From: Eledone cirrhosa
Lineage: Eukaryota
Length of the DNA stretch: 64,000 bases
Direction of reading: 5' to 3'
Assembly: GCA_964016885.1 (NCBI GenBank)
Contig: OZ024756.1
Coordinates: 22,258,001-22,322,000 of the forward strand
The position numbers and the translations under genes are program-made. Below the pieces are notes generated by a model. The model ran no database searches. It had not been told where the DNA came from and saw only the letters and a list, made by a program, of their open reading frames with translations. This document shows, one piece after another, positions 55,126 to 64,000 of this stretch (within the stretch, counting starts at the first letter, position 1; each line of letters opens with the position of its first letter).

Positions 55126-55316
55126 TAGGAGAAAGTATGACCCCGACGGCAGAGCTCAAGCTCTTTCGACGGCTATTTCTGGACAGAAATAGCCGTCGAA
55201 ACGGCTTGAGGTCTGCCGTCGGGGTCATACTTTTTCCTATTTCTCACTACTACCCTAAGTATTGAGTACTCTGGTGCGTTATGGTCCATCTGGTTTCTTA
55301 CCACAATTCCTTTGTT
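55126..55316 (+). mobile_element. Family A palindromic mini-element
   Basis: Centre TTTC-GACGGCTATTTCT-ggac-AGAAATAGCCGTC-GAAAC; tail present. Confidence 0.85.
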
Positions 55317-55946
55317 ATATATATATATTAAGAGGACATGTTTTGGTTTATGTTATACATAAAACTTTGCATCTTCGAAATATATATAATAAAATAGAGA
55401 TGATATGAAGTATATATCTTTCGTTTATTACTATTATATATATATATATATACTTACACCTGCATATATTTATACATAGGTAGATTCACACATGCATGCA
55501 CTTATATACAAATGCACACACATACATACACATACCTACACACACACACACGCAAACAAACATACACATGCATGCACACATACATACAGACAGACAGTGA
55601 AATACCTTCAAGCATTTGGATCAACGCTCTAAAAAATATGCCAATTCCTTAACCGTAATATTAATACAGAGAAATTCGAAACAACTATTATTCTTAGGCC
55701 TGCTAAATAAAATAAAAGAAGATGGTTCGATATGGTAGGTGGTCTCAATCGATGCCAGAATCACCAAGTGTTCTATTACTCAGTCACATAGGAACGAAAA
55801 CAGCCAATCAAACACGATAAGCTTTTGTATACATCTCTCTTGTCTTATTGATGATTTGAGAATAATTCTATATGTAAACGGAAATTCCTGTAGATAATTG
55901 GCAGTGTAACAGACTGAAAGAAGTGGACAAGATACAAAGATTTGCA

Positions 55947-56400
55947 GAGAGGGTGAGAGAGTTAGAGGGAACGAGAGAGTTAGAGGGGACGAGAGAGGGT
56001 GAGAGAGTTAGAGGGAACGAGAGAGTTAGAGGGGACGAGAGAGGGTGAGAGAGTTAGAGGGAACGAGAGAGGGTGAGAGAGTTAGAGGGAACGAGAGAGG
56101 GTGAGAGAGTTAGAGGTGATGACAGAGAGAGGGGGAGAGTTAGAGAGGATGAGAGAAAGAGCGGGGAGAGTTAGAGGGGACAGTTAGAGGGGGCGAGAGA
56201 GAGAGAGAGAGAGAGTGTGGAGAGTTAGAGGGAACGAGAGAGAGTGGGGAGAGTTAGAGGGGACGAGAGAGAGAGTGGGGAGAGTTAGAGGGGACGAGAG
56301 AGAGAGTGAGGAGAGTTAGAGGGGACGAGAGAGAGAGAGCGGGGAGAGTTAGTGGGGCCGAGAGAGGGAGCGGGAGAGTTAGAGGGGACGAGAGAGAGGG
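55947..56400. repeat. Purine-rich ~18-27-bp minisatellite (GAGAGTTAGAGGGGACGAGAGAG)
   Basis: Direct inspection. Confidence 0.85.
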
Positions 56401-56596
56401 GTACAGAGAAAGAACAAGTAAGTGAGAGGTATAGAGAGAGAGAGAAAAGGAGGGAGAAGAGAAATAACTTGAGAGAGAATGAGAATTCAAACATAATGAT
56501 TAAGCCTGCCAGATATTTACTGACTGTTGTAACAAAATTCGCCATGAAATTAACAATACATACTCACAAACACACACACATCCCACCCCAAAGTAT

Positions 56597-56673
<77 letters not shown>

Positions 56674-56907
56674 TACATACATATGGACATAATAATACTG
56701 TTATATATATATATATATATATAAAATTAGTATATCTACCAACATATGTGTACGGATGTACACCCATGCTAGCAAATATATATGTTATGTCTTAGTACCT
56801 TTGTGGTTCTATGCAGAACAATTATATGAAAGACGTAAAATAAAATATTTTACGTCTTTCATATATATATATAACAGTATGTATGTATGTATGTGTGTGT
56901 GTGTGCG

Positions 56908-56945
<38 letters not shown>

Positions 56946-57080
56946 CGTGTGTGTCTGCGTGTGTATGTGCGTGTGTGTGTGTATGTGCGTGTGTGTGTAT
57001 GTGCGTGTGTGTGTATGTGCGTGTGTATGTGCGTGTGTGTGTATGTGCGTGTATGCGTGTGCGTGTGCGTGTGCGCGCGC

Positions 57081-57152
<72 letters not shown>

Positions 57153-57362
57153 CGATATAAAAGACACAGAAGCGAAAACCAACCAAACAGTGAGTGTGTT
57201 CTGTTATTAATTCTGGCAATATTACACAAATATGACCCTTCCCATATATATATATATATATATACAATGATATTAAATAAATGGAAACTGTATTTATAAA
57301 ACCATATTTATTTTATTATATAGATTACACATGTATCAAAGTTATGTTTAAAACATTTAATC

Positions 57363-57407
57363 GCTGACAATTGTTTCTTCTAAACTTAAGCTTGGAGTCC
57401 TCGGAGC
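57363..57407 (-). ncRNA. Hammerhead-like motif (U4C variant) of a different family
   Basis: Minus strand GCU-CCGAGGA-[CUCCAAGC uuaa GUUUAGAA]-GAA-ACAAUUGU-C/AGC. Confidence 0.45.
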
Positions 57408-57468
57408 ATTATTAATGTTTGTACATATAATTAACCTCCTAGTCAACTGAAGAATCATACAGATTTGA

Positions 57469-57530
57469 TTTTATTATATATATTTCAAGGGCAACCAGGG
57501 TAACATTGGTACGCTTTCATCAGATAAAAT
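57469..57530 (-). ncRNA. Minimal type I hammerhead ribozyme (family B)
   Basis: Minus strand AUUUUAU-CUGAUGA-[AAGCGUACCA...UGGUUGCCCUU]-GAA-AUAUAUAU-A/AUAAAAU; intact core and 7-bp stem I. Confidence 0.7.
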
Positions 57531-57659
57531 ACAAAGTTTGTTTTATAAATATAGATAGAGACGTACCCATGAAAATCATTCATATATAGTCGTATCATAC
57601 GACTATATATATATGATACGACTATATATGTATTATATATAAGTATATAAGTAATTATA

Positions 57660-57815
57660 TAGGAAAAGAGTCGACGTCTAGTTCTGAATGCAGCTATCGA
57701 AACGGTCGGAGCTCAGCCGTCAGAGTCCTGACTCTTTTCCTATTACCCACTCTACTATCCTTAGTATCGAGTACTCTGGTACGTTATGGTCCACCTGGTT
57801 CCCTACCACACTTTC

Positions 57816-57819
<4 letters not shown>
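57660..57819 (+). mobile_element. Family A element with short inverted arm
   Basis: TAGGAAAAGAGTC and GACTCTTTTCCTA arms, GAAACGGTC and tail. Confidence 0.75.
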
Positions 57820-57875
<56 letters not shown>

Positions 57876-58171
57876 CATATATATACATATATATATATAC
57901 ATACATATATAATTACATATATATATACATATATATATATAGATACATATATATATACATATATATATACATATATATATATACATATATATATATACAT
58001 ATATATATATACATATATATATATACATATATATATACACATACATATATATACATATATATATACATATATATATACATATATATATATACATACATAT
58101 ATATATACATATATATACATATATATATATATACATAAGTATTTGTGTGGGAGAGAAAGAAAGGGAGTGCT

Positions 58172-58238
<67 letters not shown>

Positions 58239-58530
58239 GTAGATTTGTATACGCATGCATTTATGAGTGTTTCACGTGTGTGAATGGTGTATGCATGTAC
58301 ATCAATGAGTTTGTGCCACCTACATGAATTTGCATATGCATGCATGTACGAGTTTTAGCCACGTGATATGTCGTTTTACGCTATTAACAATTTTCAATTT
58401 ATGATATAACTTGTAAAATAAAATGTGATTACTGAGATAATTCATTTTCGTTTAGATGGCTTGTGTTTATATCGATATAATTTGTTTTTCCATTTAGTGG
58501 TTTTGTTTTAAGCATTGATTTTTGTACATA

Positions 58531-58822
58531 TCGATGACATAGTGAATGAATGTTGCAGAAAACGCAATTTCATATTTTTAGGAGTGTTTATGAGGACATA
58601 TAACTAGTGAATCTGTGTAAACATCAATTTTGGGTCTATAGAGAAATATGTTAATTTGTGAATTATACAGCGGTAGTTTGTGTACCTCTCGATAACACAG
58701 TGAATGAGTGTTGCAGAAAACGCAATTTCATATTTTTATGAATGTATATTAGAACATATATCAAGTGAATCTGTGTAAACATCAATTTTGTGTCTATAGA
58801 GAAATATGTTAATCTGTGGATT
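58531..58822. repeat. ~158-bp tandem duplication
   Basis: AGTGAATGA.TGTTGCAGAAAACGCAATTTCATATTTTTA...GTCTATAGAGAAATATGTTAAT occurs twice. Confidence 0.85.
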
Positions 58823-59225
58823 GGGCAGCAGTGATGAAACCTTTAGAATAAAAACACTAGTGAAACAATTCTAAATGAACACTTCGACAATTTGCAGCAG
58901 AGTTAATGGTATCTTCTATCAATGATTCCCCCAATTGGAAAAAAGTGACAAATTTGGATATAATGAGTTTCAAACAAATTGACTGAACAACACAAACTGC
59001 AGCTTATAGATGTGTTTTCAGCTTTATTATCCTAATCATAGCATAATCCATGTCCATATCTTCCTTATTTTTCCTTATTAATCTTCGCTTTCTCATTTCA
59101 TAACTCTTTACTTTCTCTCACTACACACCCATTCAAAATAACTGATCATCGTGAGATAGCGTAGATTAACAAGGTTCAGAATTTAGCTATGATAATATAT
59201 ATATAGAGAGAGAGGGAGAGATAGA

Positions 59226-59390
59226 TAGGAAAAGAGTCAGGACCCCGACGGTTGAGCTCCGGTCGTTTCGACTAGCTGTGGAAACAGCCCGAGCTCAGCC
59301 GTCGGGGTCCTGACTTTTTTCCGATTACCCACACTACTACCCTAAGTATCGAATACTCTGGTGCATTATGGTCCACCTGGTTTCTTACCA

Positions 59391-59438
<48 letters not shown>

Positions 59439-59843
59439 GGTATTAACGTGTGCTTATACCGTTCCGGCAAACCAAAGATGTCGGTTCGTCTCCCATGTAC
59501 GTCAATACTCCATTTTTCCATTCACAGGTTTTTCTTTTTAAATACCAACTAACAGACTAATTCTAGTTAGTCAAACATCGTGTAAGCATATGTTTCTACC
59601 TAATTTTCAAATTCGGTAACCGTTTCTAAACAAAGTCTGCTTTGTGTCTTCCTATTTATATACATACACACACAGACATATATATATTACGACGGAAGTG
59701 AGGTAAGGAACCAGGTGTACCATAACGCACCAGAGTAGTCGATACTTAAGAAAGTAGAGTGGGTAATAGGAAAAGAGTCAGGACCCCGTGTTCAGAACTA
59801 GCTGTGGAAACGGCCGCAGCTCAGCCGTCGGGGTCCTGACTAT

Positions 59844-59890
<47 letters not shown>

Positions 59891-60069
59891 AAAATGTTTA
59901 ACCCCGACGGCAGAGCTCAAGCTGTTACGACGGCTATTTCTAGCCGTCGAAATAGCTTGAGCTCTACCGTCGGGGTTAAACTTTTTCCTATTACACACTC
60001 TACTACCCTAAGTATTGAGTACTCTGGTGCGTTATGGTTCATCTGGTTCCTTACCACACCTTCTTCGTG

Positions 60070-60071
<2 letters not shown>
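59226..60071. mobile_element. Three family A elements (59226-59393 +, 59689-59848 -, 59887-60071 +)
   Basis: Each has CCCCGACGG/CCGTCGGGG-type arms and the conserved tail, separated by (TA)n. Confidence 0.8.
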
Positions 60072-60102
<31 letters not shown>

Positions 60103-60266
60103 TAGATAATTTAATATATCAACTAACATAAGCGCACAGATGCACGCCCATGCTAGCAAATACACAGGTTATGTCATAGTACCTAGGTGGTTCAATGCAG
60201 GAGAATGCAGTACAATAATATAAAAGACGTAAAATAAGAAAATATTTTTTAAAACAATTTTATACA

Positions 60267-60402
<136 letters not shown>

Positions 60403-60670
60403 TGACTCTCCCGTCGTATACAGGCGTATGATTGTTCAACAGTTTCATTTCTTATGGTTTTGCCTTAAAGGACAATTTAGTCCAGCTCCTGATTTACGCA
60501 TCAAGCCGCCTAGAAAACAGCTGACTGGATTTTGTACGGATCTAGGTGTTAGATCCTAGATCACGAACAAGGATCTGACGATTTTTCAAATTTCATTATA
60601 CCTTCATGGCAGACAGTTCTCCATTTTCACGGCCAGCCACAAGTGCTTCAAAAGAAGTATATATATATAT

Positions 60671-61135
<465 letters not shown>

Positions 61136-61149
61136 TATAGTATTAATTA

Positions 61150-61530
61150 TACTATTTATGGTTATGCAAATACAAAAACCTTTTGAGTTAAATAGCTCAA
61201 TGTAAAAACATCAGATGATTTACAGAGCAGTTATATGAATTATAAGAAGAATCCAAACCTCGGTTTGGAGGAAACAGTTGTAAGCATAAAAATGTTTTGA
61301 ACAGTTCTTTGATTATTATAATTCATATATATATATATATATATATTCCTTTATTAGATACCTTTTATACAATTAACACCTGATGATGTCACCAAGATCC
61401 TACGGAACCTGGTCATTGAACTGTGGATAGTGTTTGTAATAAATCTTTGAAGGAATTTCACCAGTCCAGCCTCCTGTCATTTTACTCAATAATTAACACC
61501 GTTCTCGCACCACCAACAAGGTTCAACATA
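61150..61530 (+). mobile_element. Degenerate Penelope-like 3' end (possible ORF remnant, hammerhead-like motif and polyA signal)
   Basis: CTGATGA-TG...C-GGAACCTGGTC at 61380-61414, AATAAA at about 61438 and a tail; upstream a frameshifted W..K..T...N.LN-like trace. Confidence 0.4.
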
Positions 61531-62222
61531 AACTAAGATGGATGAATTGCATAACGTCGAGTGCTTTCGCTAAGATTGCATCACGATTGACTATACGGAA
61601 TGAACAGTTCTATACAGTGGTGAACCAACAAACCTAAATGAATATATATATTAATATGTGTGTGCATGGGTGTGTGTGCGTGTGCGTGTGATTTTTTATG
61701 CATATACTCTATATGAACTATGTTCTGGTTATATTTATTGCTACATACGTCGTTTGATCTAATCAATCTAATAAAATTCGTCATTTAAAATCTCAATCAT
61801 ATGACACCGATAAACGTAGTTATTCCACTGACTCAGAAAATATGATTTTTATTGTTTGTTTCTTCTTGTTATTCTTTTTACCTTTCCAGTATTTTCTTTT
61901 AGTATTTTGTTTTTATACCAACAGAAATATAACATAATTCAAGAGGATGAATACATGGGGAATTAAATCGGTACATTAAGAAATGATTTCGATTGATATA
62001 TAGATAAGTTAAAAGATATAGTAAATTATAAAAGGATAAAAGCGTAGCATGATTTGAGGATAAATACCTAATATATTTTATATAACAAGAATTCAAATAG
62101 ACGTAATTTTCTAAATGAAATTTAAATGTTCAAGCAAACTTTCAAATAAGCCGACAAATGAACACGCTCTCATATATAATTGTGTGTGTGTGTGTTCTAC
62201 AGACTCTTTCTCTCCCTATCAC

Positions 62223-62263
<41 letters not shown>

Positions 62264-62266
62264 ATA

Positions 62267-62300
<34 letters not shown>

Positions 62301-62524
62301 CATACATACGCACATCTCTCTCTCTATATATATATATATACACACACACACAAACATCTCTCTCTATATATACACACACACACACACATCTGTCTCTCTC
62401 TCTATATATATATAAACACATCTCTCTCTCTATATATATATATACACAAACACCTCTCTATCTCTCTCTCTCTATATATATTTATATATATAGAGAGTAT
62501 ATATATATATATATAGAGAGAGAG

Positions 62525-62586
<62 letters not shown>

Positions 62587-62612
62587 TAGAGAGAGAGAGA
62601 GTTTATATATAA

Positions 62613-62644
<32 letters not shown>

Positions 62645-62995
62645 TTAATAATTGCCTTATGTTGTTTATTACATAACTATATATATATATAGATATTTTA
62701 TATAGTGATTTGATGAATATTTTCATTGATCTTTTGCTCCATGAACTTGTTGAGTGTTCTCGGTCTGCTATACCCTTTTCTAAATATATATATATATTTT
62801 TATTTATTACTTGTCAATTTTTTTTTATATATAAAATATTTATTTTATATTATTTATGTTCTTTCTCATATATATATATATATATATTGAGTTATATATG
62901 TATATGTATGTGTGTGTGTGTGTGTACGTATGCATACGTATGTGTGTGTAGGTATATATGTGTATGTTAGTAAGTATGTATGTGTATGTATGTGC

Positions 62996-63037
<42 letters not shown>

Positions 63038-63067
63038 TATTCACTATATACAATATATACAATATTC

Positions 63068-63110
<43 letters not shown>

Positions 63111-63263
63111 TTTAGAGTTAAATCAGGTTCATATGAATTATCTAAGAATGAGTTTTACACATATATATATATATATATGTGTGTTTGTATTTGGTTGTGC
63201 GTGTTTGTGATATGTACGTATTTGTATGTGTATAATTGTATGGCTATGTATGTATGTGTGTGT

Positions 63264-63341
<78 letters not shown>

Positions 63342-63758
63342 ATGTATATGTGTGTGTATATATGTATATGTGTGTGTGTGCGTGTGTATGTATTTGTGTA
63401 TCCGTATGCATGTGTTTATGTATTTCTATATGTATATTTATGTGTGAGAGTGTGTATGTATTTATTTTTACGTATGTATGTGTACGTGCATTTGTGTGTA
63501 TTGCTTACCACGTGTGTTTTTTCATTTATTTGTTGCCTGTATCGCTGTCAACTTTTGTCTTTTATTATAATTTTTATATGTATTTTTTCTTATATTTATT
63601 TTTGTGTGTGAATATGTAGAGGTGTGTGTATATTTTTCTAATATTGTGCATGCATATGTATGCATGTATGTATGTGTGTATGTATGTGTATGTATGTACG
63701 TGTGTATATACGTATGATTGTGTGTATGTATGTATGTGTGTATGGCTATGTATGTGTA

Positions 63759-63812
<54 letters not shown>

Positions 63813-63971
63813 TATATATATTTCTATTTCTATATATATATGTGTATATATATGTGTGTGGTTGTATATATGTATGTGTATGTATGGATATGTTGATATT
63901 TATGTGTGTATGTATGTGTTTATGTGTGTGTGTAATTATGTGTGTATGTGTGTATGTATATATATATATAT

Positions 63972-64000
63972 AACGAAGGAAATGTGGTAAGGAACCAGGT
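63972..64000 (-). mobile_element. Family A element tail (cut by window edge)
   Basis: AACGAAGGAAATGTGGTAAGGAACCAGGT is identical to 2247-2275. Confidence 0.85.

Overview
AT-rich eukaryotic non-coding DNA, about a quarter of it (TA)n/(CA)n/(GA)n/(GTT)n microsatellite. The repeat landscape resembles an octopod cephalopod genome (inference from repeat style only). No intact protein-coding gene is evident, and almost all ORFs in the track are microsatellite or satellite artefacts. Recognisable content: about 35 copies of one tRNA-derived SINE family; 3' fragments of CRE-clade (restriction-like endonuclease), RTE and CR1-like LINEs; two tandem Helitrons; Tc1/mariner-type MITEs; a 93-bp x9 array at a LINE 3' end; and a 2.4-kb 10-bp satellite. 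The most notable pattern is a set of at least 8 unrelated families of short (100-360 bp) elements that sit inside (TA)n tracts. Most are long hairpins or palindromes with a one-sided tail, and several carry minimal type I hammerhead ribozymes with palindromic stem III. The most complete ribozymes are at 44822-44901 (+), 60857-60894 (+, U3-A8 compensatory core), 44541-44606 (-) and 57469-57530 (-). This matches terminal (pLTR) remnants of Penelope-like retroelements. In the commonest family (11 copies) the palindrome axis falls in the putative ribozyme stem II, which suggests fold-back self-priming during insertion. All coordinates were read by eye and may be off by a few bases.
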